Shown here in pieces: positions 11,116-20,488 of a stretch of DNA of 64,000 nucleotides. Each line of letters opens with the position of its first letter. The stretch's first letter is position 1. Both the position numbers and the translations under genes were made by a program. Origin of the DNA: Gemmatimonadota bacterium (GTDB lineage Bacteria; JBHIER01; G020348925); contig CP070758.1 of the NCBI GenBank assembly GCA_020348925.1, positions 4,711,775-4,775,774 of the forward strand, read 5' to 3'. Below the pieces are notes generated by a model. The model was not told where the DNA came from. It did no database searches and worked only from the letters and a program-made list of their open reading frames with translations.

Positions 11116-11439
11116 TCAATTGAATGCGATAAATTGGTCGCAGGTATTCAAAAGGTTTAGGAGCACAAAGAGTCCACCGAAGACGGCCTTGTCGCTGCGG
11201 GGGATATTTCGCTTTTGGGCGGCGTAGGCGCAGCAGAAGAGTTTTACTCCCCCGGCCAGGAGCTCGTCAATCCCCGGATGATTCAAGTGAAGAATACCGT
11301 CATCGAGCAGATAGAGATAGACCTCGACACCCTGTGATACCGCTGCCTGTGAAAGTTTGACGACGGTCTGCAGATCAGGCCGTTCAGGCGATGTCGAAAG
11401 GAGTATTCCCAGTTTCTTCCCGGAGATTGGCTCAGCCAT
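11116..11439 (-). CDS. DsrE/TusD-like sulfurtransferase
   Basis: LGILLSTSP, YLYLLDDG, active-site region LFCCAYAAQKR. Start taken at MAEPISG. Confidence 0.8.
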   Translation of the reverse strand: MAEPISGKKLGILLSTSPERPDLQTVVKLSQAAVSQGVEVYLYLLDDGILHLNHPGIDELLAGGVKLFCCAYAAQKRNIPRSDKAVFGGLFVLLNLLNTCDQFIAFN

Positions 11440-11538
11440 ATCTTGTCGTCCCACATCACGTAAAAACATTGTAGTATAAGAGGTTATGCGGAACGCGCAT
11501 AATTATCCTTGAGAGAATGAGCACAATAGTCTCATATG

Positions 11539-12018
11539 TCAGATATAGAGATTCACCTCGGATTCTGAGGCGTACTCCAGAAAGGTGGAGGCACCGGCCA
11601 ATTGAATACCGTCGATGAGATCCTCTTTTTTCAGTCCCATAACTTCCATCGTCGTGGTGCAGGCAAAGAAAATGGCCCCACCCTCTTGGGCGATTTCGAT
11701 CAAGTCTCTGAGCGGCGGCAGCTTGGCCCGATCCATCCATTTTTTCATGATCCCTGTGGCCATGGCCGTCATACCCGGCAGGACTCCGATCATATTCGGC
11801 ACTGCGATCGGCATGGCGGGATTGGCCAGAGGTGGCACCTTTAAAGAATCCAACTTCTTTTTATTGAGAATATCAAGCCCGTAGAACGTGAAGAAGAGAC
11901 CGCACTCCCAGTCCATGGAGACGGCAGTCGAGGCCAGAATGAGGGGAGCATAGGCGTTATCCAGTGTACCCTTTGAAACAACCAGGGCCAACCGTTTGTT
12001 CTTCTGTTTCTCAGCCAT
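11539..12018 (-). CDS. DsrE2-like sulfur carrier (DsrE/DsrF/DrsH-like family)
   Basis: SKGTLDNAYAPLILASTA, FFTFYGL, FACTTTMEVMG motifs. Confidence 0.85.
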   Translation of the reverse strand: MAEKQKNKRLALVVSKGTLDNAYAPLILASTAVSMDWECGLFFTFYGLDILNKKKLDSLKVPPLANPAMPIAVPNMIGVLPGMTAMATGIMKKWMDRAKLPPLRDLIEIAQEGGAIFFACTTTMEVMGLKKEDLIDGIQLAGASTFLEYASESEVNLYI

Positions 12019-12021
12019 CTT

Positions 12022-12261
12022 TTATTCCCTTTTTCTCACCAGAAAGATATATGTCCCGTTGTCCTCTTGGGACAGAAGCAGTTCGTGGCCGGTTTGTTTG
12101 GACCAGGCCTCCATGTCGGGAATCGATCCCGGATCAGTGGCAATCATCTTCAAAACCTGACCCCCTGTCAATCTTTTCATCTCTTTGTTCGTTTTGACGA
12201 CCGGCATGGGGCAGAAGAGTCCTGTGCAGTCCAAGGTTCTATCGGGTTGAAGGTCTTCCAT
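12022..12261 (-). CDS. tusA: Sulfurtransferase TusA family protein
   Basis: LDCTGLFCPMP and ATDPGS motifs, 79 aa. Confidence 0.92.
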   Translation of the reverse strand: MEDLQPDRTLDCTGLFCPMPVVKTNKEMKRLTGGQVLKMIATDPGSIPDMEAWSKQTGHELLLSQEDNGTYIFLVRKRE

Positions 12262-12277
12262 CGTATCCTCTCTGTTC

Positions 12278-12964
12278 TCAAGAAAAGATTTTCATTATCT
12301 CTGCTGTATCGGTCAAGTCGGGGAAAAAGTGATCGGGTTTTTCGGCTAGCAGGTCCTCTTTCGTGTGAATGCCGGTGGCGACGACAATAGTCCTGGCCCC
12401 GTGTGGCTGTGCACATAGAATATCCAATGGTGTATCACCAATGACGTAGACGTCCTCAGGTTTGAGCTCGACCTCTCTCGTTTCCTCGCATCGCTTGACC
12501 GCAACAGGCACCAGATCCTCCCGTATTTCTGAGTCGTCGGCAAAAGCACCCAGTTCAAAGTAATGGTTGAGCTTGAAGAATCCTAACTTGATCTTGGCGC
12601 CTTGTTCCCAGTTACCGGTCAGAAGGCCGCGGACGAGATTCTCCCTATGAGATACTGCATCCAGCAGTTCAACAGTTCCGGGCATGATTCGTTTTTGGGG
12701 TAATGGTGCCTGAATTCCCGTGGTGAGATATGTGATGTAAAGTCTTTTAAAGCGTTCCTCATCCTGCTTTCGCCATTCCAAGCCATGATTGGCCAGGGCT
12801 TCCTTGAGAATGAGGGGATCCGTCATTCCATACATCGAGATGTCCTTGAAGCCGTCTTCAATCCCATAGATCTCCTCAAAAGCCCTATGCATGGCTCTCC
12901 GTCCCGCACCGCCAGAGTGTATGAGCGTTCCGTCGACATCAAAGAGAAGGAGTTTCGTACTCAT
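12278..12964 (-). CDS. HAD-superfamily hydrolase (phosphoglycolate phosphatase-like)
   Basis: FDVDGTL, LTGN, VIGDTPLD motifs. Confidence 0.9.
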   Translation of the reverse strand: MSTKLLLFDVDGTLIHSGGAGRRAMHRAFEEIYGIEDGFKDISMYGMTDPLILKEALANHGLEWRKQDEERFKRLYITYLTTGIQAPLPQKRIMPGTVELLDAVSHRENLVRGLLTGNWEQGAKIKLGFFKLNHYFELGAFADDSEIREDLVPVAVKRCEETREVELKPEDVYVIGDTPLDILCAQPHGARTIVVATGIHTKEDLLAEKPDHFFPDLTDTAEIMKIFS

Positions 12965-12990
12965 TCTATGTATAGTGTGTGAGAATAAAC

Positions 12991-13014
12991 TTATCCACAA
13001 TATATTGTGGATAA
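12991..13014. promoter_or_regulatory. Inverted pair of perfect DnaA boxes next to an AT-rich tract
   Basis: TTATCCACA (12991-12999), ATATAT, TGTGGATAA (13006-13014). Confidence 0.65.
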
Positions 13015-13205
13015 TATGTAATCGAAAAACTCAATACTGTTGCAACATATTTAAAATATTAAACTTAAATGGTAATTAGCCATTTCAACAATGTTGGGGA
13101 AAAAGTGTTGAATACCAGCCATTGAACGGATCAGTGGTCTTCCCATATCCTTCAAGTCTTTTTCAGCCTCAGCTGAGCGATTTTTGACATCGGTTCGCTT
13201 TATTT

Positions 13206-13291
13206 GTCATTCTGAACGGGCCCAAGCGTAGTGAAGAATCTCACTCGCATGTCAAGAGATGCACCGCCCGACAGAGCGGACTCAGAATGGC
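13206..13291. repeat. Degenerate GTCATTC-type palindromic repeat
   Basis: GTCATTCTGA...GAAGAATCTC...GAGAT...TCAGAATGGC; same architecture as the copies at 28842, 33545 and 36337. Confidence 0.6.
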
Positions 13292-13582
13292 GGTTGCGTC
13301 AAAATGTTTGCAAAGAATCGCTCTATGTAGGTTCAAATATACACAATATTGATCGATGGGTCAACCTTGAGCAGATTTTTTGGCTGAAAAACATTGTAAC
13401 ATCGGGAGGGTTATGTTCCAGGAATAATGACGAATTTCATCATTGGATTTGAATACGTAATTTTTTTAATTATATTAGTCGAAAACATGAGGGGTGTTCT
13501 CTGTCGGTTGTTCGATTTTAACTTTGAATGAGATTGTGAGGTTCGGTGTCCTTTTGGTATTTGTGACAAGGAGTAGTGAAAC

Positions 13583-13864
13583 ATGAATCTGAAACATGTT
13601 GCCGGGGAGAATAGAGGAGAGGTGGTTCTCTATGCATTGAGCACGTGCGGTTGGTGCAGAAAAACAAAGGACCTGCTCAATAGCCTTGGAGTGGAGTATT
13701 CTTATATCGATGTGGACAGCCTTGATTCTGAGGAGAAAGTGTCTGTGAAGGAAGAGATTCGTCGCTGGAATCCGGCCTGTTCTTTCCCGACGATTGTCGT
13801 GAACAATGAAACCTGTATTAAAGGCTATGCTGCGGAGCGGATCAAAGAGGTGCTGGGAGGATGA
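13583..13864 (+). CDS. Glutaredoxin/NrdH-like redoxin
   Basis: YALSTCGWC active site, SFPT cis-Pro motif; stop overlaps the next start (ATGA). Confidence 0.9.
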   Translation: MNLKHVAGENRGEVVLYALSTCGWCRKTKDLLNSLGVEYSYIDVDSLDSEEKVSVKEEIRRWNPACSFPTIVVNNETCIKGYAAERIKEVLGG

Positions 13865-14364
13865 CGGAGATTCGGATTACCGATGAAGAGATCGATCAGC
13901 TTTACGAGAAATTGAACGAGGAGGCCGAAGCTTCGGGTTATCATCTCAATCCTGATGTGGAATTCACAAAGAATCTCCTGTATGGACTCTTGGTCAATGA
14001 GAAGAGATACGGCTATTGGGCCTGTCCCTGTCGGTTGGCGGCCGGAGTGAAGGAGAAAGACCTCGACATCATCTGCCCCTGCGATTACAGGGATCCTGAT
14101 GTGAACGAGTTCGGATCGTGCTACTGTGCACTGTATGTCTCGGAGGAAGTGGTGAAAGGCGAAAGGGGCGTCGGCTCGATCCCCGAGCGCCGGTTACCCG
14201 ATGATGAGCGACAGCAATCGAGATCGACGCCTCAAGGTGTCACCGAAATTTCACTGCCGGTCTGGAGGTGTCGCGTCTGCGGGTATTTGTGTGCCAGGGA
14301 TGAGCCGCCTGAAGTGTGTCCCATCTGTAAGGCGAAAAAAGAGAGATTCGAGAGATTTTTGTAG
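13861..14364 (+). CDS. Ferredoxin:thioredoxin reductase-like catalytic subunit with C-terminal rubredoxin domain (ferredoxin:disulfide reductase)
   Basis: CPC, CPC and CYC motifs plus WRCRVCGY...CPIC. Confidence 0.9.
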   Translation: MTEIRITDEEIDQLYEKLNEEAEASGYHLNPDVEFTKNLLYGLLVNEKRYGYWACPCRLAAGVKEKDLDIICPCDYRDPDVNEFGSCYCALYVSEEVVKGERGVGSIPERRLPDDERQQSRSTPQGVTEISLPVWRCRVCGYLCARDEPPEVCPICKAKKERFERFL

Positions 14365-14470
14365 CGATATGACAGTAGAGAAGCATCGGTATCCGCGTGA
14401 CCGACATTGAGAGCACCCGACGCCTCCCTTTTCAAGGGGACGTATATGGGAAAAGGGAGAAAGTACGATA

Positions 14471-14710
14471 GTGAGTAATAACATTTCTTCAATCTTCATA
14501 ATTATCGCGCTTCTCTGTGGTTCATTTGTGCTTTTTATATTCATCTTTCGGAGGTTACGCAAGCGTGGCGGCAGTATGGCCACGATCGCCCTTGGTGCGA
14601 CATATGAGCTTCACGGAGAGGATAAAAAGAGGGCCATAGAAGCGATCGTCGAACGAAATGCCGGAGATAAATTGGAGGAACAGAGTTCGTCCGATCCGAA
14701 GGAAAAATGA
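14471..14710 (+). CDS. Small single-TM hypothetical protein
   Basis: Hydrophobic N-terminus followed by RRLRKR; lies in operon orientation. Confidence 0.6.
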   Translation: MSNNISSIFIIIALLCGSFVLFIFIFRRLRKRGGSMATIALGATYELHGEDKKRAIEAIVERNAGDKLEEQSSSDPKEK

Positions 14711-14743
14711 TATTTTCTGTTGCTATGAGTAATGGAGGTTCAC

Positions 14744-15196
14744 ATGCTGGAAAGAGGTGCCACGGCTCCGGATTTCACGTTGGTAGCCGATGACGGAAAA
14801 AAAATGAAGTTATCGAGTCTCCGGGGAAAGAAGGTCATCCTTTATTTTTATCCCAAAGCCGATACTCCCGGCTGCACGAGACAAGCGTGCGCTGTCCGGG
14901 ATGTGTACCCGAAGATTGAGAAGAAAGACGTCACCGTGATCGGTATCAGTCCGGACAAACCGGAGAAGCTCGTGAAGTTTCGCGAGAAGTACAATTTGCC
15001 CTTCATTCTTCTCTCGGATCCCGATCATAAGGTGGCTGAAGCCTATGGTGCATGGGGCGAGAAGAAGATGTACGGTAAAACGGTTGAGGGAATACTTCGC
15101 AGCCATTTTGCCATAGATGAAAAGGGGAAGATAGCGGAGCTCGAACGTAAGGTCAAGCCGGAGACGACCGCCGACGTGGCGCTTCGCTTGACGTAG
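14744..15196 (+). CDS. bcp: Peroxiredoxin BCP/PrxQ
   Basis: YFYPKADTPGCTRQAC motif; SD GGAGG before ATG 14744. Confidence 0.93.
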   Translation: MLERGATAPDFTLVADDGKKMKLSSLRGKKVILYFYPKADTPGCTRQACAVRDVYPKIEKKDVTVIGISPDKPEKLVKFREKYNLPFILLSDPDHKVAEAYGAWGEKKMYGKTVEGILRSHFAIDEKGKIAELERKVKPETTADVALRLT

Positions 15197-15318
15197 ATAT
15201 CCAGACATGTCCACATGTCTGGATCGATCTTTCGGTTCGTGGCATCGTGTTTTCCTGGAGGATATTCCTGCGGTTTTCCATTCGGCAGGGCTCTCGATCA
15301 CGGGAGTTAAAAATTCGA

Positions 15319-15490
15319 CCTTTCGGAAATTTTACAAATGTCCGAAAGGCAGGGATCGTTTGTAGGGGGCAAGCCCCCTACAAGGGTGACAGCGGAGCGA
15401 TCCGAGCTGGCGAAGGATCGCGAAGCGCCTAAGGGTCGGTGGAACCCTCTGGAGAAGTTAGCGACCAAAGGGAGCTAAGTTCCAAACAGG
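15319..15490. other. Multi-hairpin intergenic element (MITE/REP-like or ncRNA)
   Basis: Stems CCTTTCGGA/TCCGAAAGG, TTGTAGGGGG/CCCCCTACAA, GCGATCC/GGATCGC, a GCGAAGC mini-hairpin, TTAGC/GCTAA. Confidence 0.5.
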
Positions 15491-15514
15491 ACTTGCTCGG
15501 ATCTCTTTTTTAAT

Positions 15515-16795
15515 ATGAAAAAATCCATACTGTTGGCGATTATGTCGTTGTGTTTGGCGCTGCCATTCCTCATCTGGTTCAGAACGATATCCTGGGGTAT
15601 GCCATACGGGCTGTATCTCTATGATGCGGGGAGACTTTTAGGGCTCGTAGGGTTTATCCTCATCCTCTTCCAGTATGTGTTCAGCTCAAAGCTACGAATC
15701 ATTGAAAAAGGTATCGGTCTGGATGTCCTGTTTTCAATTCACCGAAAGTGCGGCGCTCTGGGTCTGACATTCGTATTCATTCACCCCGTCCTGCTCTTTT
15801 TGTCCGGCGTGGTTCTCGGGTACACGCCATTGTTTCCCCCACTCAAGGTTCTTGGTGCTATTACCCTGCTATTTCTCATTGTGGCCGCAGCCACAGCCAT
15901 GTTGCAAGGAATGCTGGGTCTGAAGTATGAAACCTGGATAGTTATCCACAGGGTGAGCTATATCGTGTTCGCTCTGGGATTCATCCACAGTATTTTTATG
16001 GGCAGTGATTTTTACAGCAGGCCATTGAGGATATTTTGGATATGTATGATGTGTGTCTACATTGCAGTTGTGGTGTATAAAGTCTGGCATCATTTTTACG
16101 TGAAGGGTCATCCGTTTCAAATAGCGAATGTATCACAGGAGACGCATAACACGTGGAATCTTTACTTCGAGGGGAAACATCTCGATTACGTGCCCGGCCA
16201 ATTCATGATCGTACAACTTGTAAGGAAGGGCAAGGTGTCTGGACCTCATCCCTTTACAATATCTTCAAGCCCTACCAGGGATCGCCTCTCCATATGTGTC
16301 AAATCGGTTGGTGATTTTACGTCAACAATCGGTGATACGAGAATATCCGATCGGGCATACATCGATGCGCCTTACGGCATGTTCAGTTTTCTCAATCACG
16401 ATGCTCCGCATCTCGTTTTTATCGCAGGCGGTATAGGGATTACGCCCTTTGTGAGTATGTTGCGATACATATATGATAGAAAATTGGAGAGGAACATTGT
16501 CCTTCTTTGGGGGAATAAAACTGAGAGTGACATCGCGTTTCGAGAGGAGTTGGACCACATGGAAAGAGAGATGTCGACCCTGAAGATCGTGCACGTTCTT
16601 TCCGAGCAGAATGATTGGCATGGTGAGAAAGGGTGGATAAGTGCCGAGAAACTGAAAAGGTACGTTGCAGATTTTGAAGGGAGTCAATTTTTTATATGCG
16701 GTCCTCCAGCTTTGATGACGTCAGTCGTACACATATTGAGAGAGCTGAAGGTCGAGAAGAGCAGAATACACTCTGAGCGCTTCGCTTTGCGGTAG
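15515..16795 (+). CDS. Ferric reductase-like transmembrane domain + FAD/NAD-binding (FNR) oxidoreductase
   Basis: His-bearing TM helices, HPFTISS, FIAGGIGITP, ICGPP, terminal ERFALR. Confidence 0.9.
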   Translation: MKKSILLAIMSLCLALPFLIWFRTISWGMPYGLYLYDAGRLLGLVGFILILFQYVFSSKLRIIEKGIGLDVLFSIHRKCGALGLTFVFIHPVLLFLSGVVLGYTPLFPPLKVLGAITLLFLIVAAATAMLQGMLGLKYETWIVIHRVSYIVFALGFIHSIFMGSDFYSRPLRIFWICMMCVYIAVVVYKVWHHFYVKGHPFQIANVSQETHNTWNLYFEGKHLDYVPGQFMIVQLVRKGKVSGPHPFTISSSPTRDRLSICVKSVGDFTSTIGDTRISDRAYIDAPYGMFSFLNHDAPHLVFIAGGIGITPFVSMLRYIYDRKLERNIVLLWGNKTESDIAFREELDHMEREMSTLKIVHVLSEQNDWHGEKGWISAEKLKRYVADFEGSQFFICGPPALMTSVVHILRELKVEKSRIHSERFALR

Positions 16796-16875
16796 GTTGA
16801 GGTGTGTTCAAGGGGCGGTGCGGGACAAGGAACCTGTCAGTGAAAGTAAACTTCTCCCGAGGGGTATAGATAACA

Positions 16876-17781
16876 ATGCAGCCGGAGTTTCCCACATTCA
16901 AACCTGTTGAGATTGATGACCGTGATTTCATCACCAGAATGCTGTGGGAATATCAGCCTGAGACCTCCGAATTGACCTTCACGAATCTTTATATATGGCG
17001 TTCGCATTACGGCATCGAATGGTCCATGTGTGAGGATTGGTTGCTCGTCCTGTTTACTCAAGGGACTCAGAGCATATATGCCCTGATGCCCGCTGGACCA
17101 CCGTCTCGGCTGGAAGTCTGCCGCCTGCTTCTTCAATGGCTTGAAAATGAGAGAGGTGTGGAAGATGCGCGCATTGAGAGAGCGGATCTGAGGCTCATTT
17201 CCGAGATCGAAAGTACATCGGAGTTTTTGATCGAGCCCATTCGGGATCATTTCGATTATGTGTATCGCAGTCAGGATCTCATACAACTATCAGGCAACAA
17301 GTATCATTCCAAGAGGAACCATATCAACAAATTCCGACAAGCACACATATTCGGTTTTGAGCGACTCGGCGTGGGACATCTTCAGGATTGCCTCGATATG
17401 GCCGAGACCTGGTGTCAACGGCGCCGCTGCGAGGAGGATATGAATCTCATGGGTGAGTGGGAAGCAGTTCGTGAGGCTTTGATCCATTATGCAGCTCTGA
17501 AGCTTCGGGGCGGAGTTATTCCTATCGAAGGAAGGGTGGGGGCTTTTGCCCTTGGTGAGTTGCTGAATGATCGCACTGCCGTGGTGCACATCGAGAAGGC
17601 CAACCCGGAGATTCGCGGCTTGTATGCCATGATCAATCAGAAGTTTTGTGAGGAAATCTGGGGGGACGTTCCGTACGTCAACCGGGAGCAGGATCTGGGA
17701 GAACCCGGGCTCCGGGCGGCCAAGCTCTCCTATCATCCCCATCACCTCGAGGAAAAATTTCGAGTCCGTCTCAGAAATTAA
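16876..17781 (+). CDS. DUF2156 / aminoacyl-phosphatidylglycerol transferase-like double-GNAT protein
   Basis: FTNLYIW, DYVY, KRNHIN, VHIEKA, VNREQDLGEPGLRAAKLSYHP motifs. Confidence 0.85.
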   Translation: MQPEFPTFKPVEIDDRDFITRMLWEYQPETSELTFTNLYIWRSHYGIEWSMCEDWLLVLFTQGTQSIYALMPAGPPSRLEVCRLLLQWLENERGVEDARIERADLRLISEIESTSEFLIEPIRDHFDYVYRSQDLIQLSGNKYHSKRNHINKFRQAHIFGFERLGVGHLQDCLDMAETWCQRRRCEEDMNLMGEWEAVREALIHYAALKLRGGVIPIEGRVGAFALGELLNDRTAVVHIEKANPEIRGLYAMINQKFCEEIWGDVPYVNREQDLGEPGLRAAKLSYHPHHLEEKFRVRLRN

Positions 17782-18161
17782 ACTGTCGAAAATTCCCCTT
17801 GAATCTACTATCGGAAAGGAACAACATTTACAAAAGAAAACACAGCCGCCAAGAAAAAGTATAGTTTTCAAATAGGACAAGCAGTTTCATACCATCACGC
17901 ATAGTCTTTGTTTCTGTCAAAAGTGATAGAATTTAACCACAAAAAATCATCCCTCAATGAAATTCAATATTATAGTATTATGGAAAAATGTCCCTGTATA
18001 GGCAGGATTATTTATAAATACCGATCCACTTCTCATTAGATAAACAGGTTCTCTTCTCCCATAATTCGCTTTTCCCTTTATTCTAAACAAGAAACTGAAT
18101 GGTATCCACAGAGATCCATCTATCGCTGGATTCCTAATTAAAGGAGGTTTATAGGCAAGTC

Positions 18162-18615
18162 ATGATCGGCGAAACCATATCCCGTTACCAAAATCCTCAG
18201 GGAAATGGGCGAGGGCGATGCGGGTGTGGTATCCAAAGCCGAGGATATAGGGGACAAACGTGCCTAAGCCTTCAAGTTTTTGCCCTCTGGACTCACCAGT
18301 GATACCGAAGCCAAAGAACGATTCATCCAGGAAGCCCGGGCAGCTGCAGCTCTCAAGCATTATTACATCTGCACCATCCATGAAATTGACGAGACGAAAC
18401 CCGCTTTCGAGGAATCGGAGAGTGGTCAGACATTTTTATCAATGGACTGTTATGAAAGCCAGACGTTGAAGGAAAAATCGAGAATGGACCGTTCAAAGTG
18501 AAGGAAGCTGTAGAAATCGCCATCCAGATTATTCAAAGTCTGGCAAAGGCACACGACCAAGAGATTGTCCGTCGGGATATTTAACCGGCCATAGAGTACG
18601 ATTGACGAAGATGGT
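18162..18615 (+). pseudogene. Decayed N-terminal fragment of a Ser/Thr protein kinase
   Basis: MIGETISRY / KILREMGEGDAGVVSKAED..KRA*AFKFLP..AKERFIQEARAAAAL..ICTIHEID / AVEIAIQI..KAHDQEIVRRDI* with frameshifts and stops; parallels the kinase starting at 42393. Confidence 0.85.
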
Positions 18616-18670
18616 GCATCTTTAATGATGCCTGCCCCCAAACACTAACTAAATTGCTAAGAAATTTATC

Positions 18671-19120
18671 TTAAAGAATTTGGAGAATGCGATTTATCGC
18701 ATTCAGAGTAGCTAATCCTACAGCTTTTTGTGTGTTGTCCTTAATAAAAGCACTTCCGATGAATTTCTGACTACCCCGTGGATGAATACGATCTACAAAG
18801 ACTGTGATGTAAGAAGTGTCCCCCGTCTGTGAAGGAATTACATCTTCCACGTACCACACCCCATGATCGGAAAAAAGCGTGGCCACAGCATTCAATGTGG
18901 CTGTGGCAATCAACCTTAGAAGATTCTTGTCGGCGCAGGAACCAGATGCCTCACCACTCGTCTCTATTTTCTGATAGGAGACATTGACTCTGACGACAAT
19001 GTTGTCTATACCTTCGTCTTTGTGGCCTAAAATATCATAGCCCATCCATTCGATCCGCGATTTTTCCATCTGAAAATCATCACCACCGCAGTGATTGGAA
19101 ATGTCTAACATGCCTCTCAT
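18671..19120 (-). CDS. Hypothetical protein with duplicated ATLNA helix motif
   Basis: IATATLNAV and VGLATLNAINR; starts 3 nt after the cyclase stop. Confidence 0.7.
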   Translation of the reverse strand: MRGMLDISNHCGGDDFQMEKSRIEWMGYDILGHKDEGIDNIVVRVNVSYQKIETSGEASGSCADKNLLRLIATATLNAVATLFSDHGVWYVEDVIPSQTGDTSYITVFVDRIHPRGSQKFIGSAFIKDNTQKAVGLATLNAINRILQIL

Positions 19121-19123
19121 TTT

Positions 19124-20227
19124 TTAGTTCGCTAAGGTTTCCATTCGCTTCTTGAGATCATAATAACTGCATATGTTTCCTTCATTGTCATATCCGCATA
19201 CCATATCTTTACCATACTCTTTGGCTCCATAAAGCAAAGCTTTGTCTGCAGCTTCATAGAGTTTTTCAAGTTTGGGATTCGGTGAGGGATATGTAGCCAC
19301 ACCTATTGAGACGGTTAGTGTTACTTCTTTTTTTTGTGTCTCAAGGTGTATCCTGTGACGTAACGTTTTGTCTCTCAACCGTTCACCAAGATCAAGAGCA
19401 TCTCGGTGGCTCGTTCCAGGTAAAACCACTCCATATTCATCTCCCCCAATTCTCCCTTTTATATCACTTGCACGAAACGAATCATTAATAATATCTGCCA
19501 TGGCTCTTAAGGCATTATCACCATCGAGATGGAGATAGTTTTCATTAAAAGCCTTGAAATCATCGATATCTATAAGTATTAATGATAATGGTTGTGTGGG
19601 ACTTCGTTTTTCTATGTTTTGTTCTATGTCTCCATAAGCAACCATTTGTTCTTCTAAGAGAAGATTGAAACACGTTTTATTATAGAGACCTGTCAGGCCG
19701 TCCAAATGAGATACGAATTCAGTTTCCTTCATTTCTATAATTCGACTGACTAAAGCCTTAACGAACATTCCCAAAACTTGTGGTTGGGGAATAAAGTAAA
19801 ATGCGCCATTTTGAATCGCTTCAATTGCCTCATCTTGAATCATTAGATCCGTGAAAGCAATAACTTTAGCTTCAGGATGGAGTTTATTTATTTGTTTTAG
19901 GAGATTCATGCCTGTTTCTTTTTTTGGTTTCGCATATTTGTCTTCTGGGATTTCAAGACCAAGCAAAACTGCATGCTGTCTATGGCGTTCCCACCAGAGA
20001 ATATATTCTAAGGCTGAACCTGCTGTTCGTATATGAAGTTTTCTGGCAACTCTTTTTCTGCCCCCATTTGTCTGAATTTCTATTGCCCCCAAATATTCCC
20101 TAAACCTTGCAATATCCTCAGTATTATCAAAGGGGTCTGAAGGTTTTCCATCAAATAAATCGACCAAGTGATCTCGCACACTCTCATCTTTGTGGATAAT
20201 GAGGAGGTTGTATTCGAATTCTGTCAT
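19124..20227 (-). CDS. Diguanylate cyclase with degenerate receiver domain
   Basis: DGLTGLYN, DIDDFKAFNE, I-site RASD, active site GGDEY, VSIGVA, ADKAL. Confidence 0.9.
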   Translation of the reverse strand: MTEFEYNLLIIHKDESVRDHLVDLFDGKPSDPFDNTEDIARFREYLGAIEIQTNGGRKRVARKLHIRTAGSALEYILWWERHRQHAVLLGLEIPEDKYAKPKKETGMNLLKQINKLHPEAKVIAFTDLMIQDEAIEAIQNGAFYFIPQPQVLGMFVKALVSRIIEMKETEFVSHLDGLTGLYNKTCFNLLLEEQMVAYGDIEQNIEKRSPTQPLSLILIDIDDFKAFNENYLHLDGDNALRAMADIINDSFRASDIKGRIGGDEYGVVLPGTSHRDALDLGERLRDKTLRHRIHLETQKKEVTLTVSIGVATYPSPNPKLEKLYEAADKALLYGAKEYGKDMVCGYDNEGNICSYYDLKKRMETLAN

Positions 20228-20488
20228 TTTCCCACCCTAAGAACAAAAACATGTGCTGACTCTTAATGTTCAATTTTGAACAAAAGAATGTCGGGCAAGG
20301 CATTTCTGCCCTTACTCCTGGGCTCGTATGTAATGGCACATAATTTCTGTCCCATTCCATACAAGAATAGGGATTCTTACATCTCCAATATTTTGTTTTA
20401 AAGAGTGAGTATATGACTTCAGAATTGACGTCATTCCTCACAGGCTTGTAGTGATCACATCAACCCATACTACCCACTACTCTCATTA

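Noticed and set aside
11470-11505. dif-like site (GTTCCGCATAA resembles an XerC arm)
   Set aside because: No XerD arm at the required 6-bp spacing; more likely a short hairpin.
15942-15950. Isolated TTATCCACA inside the ferric-reductase gene (another inside the TonB receptor gene)
   Set aside because: Single boxes in coding sequence are expected by chance.
20230-20480. c-di-GMP riboswitch or 40-codon leader ORF upstream of the cyclase
   Set aside because: No GEMM consensus recognised, and the SD-like GAGGA directly abuts the ATG.
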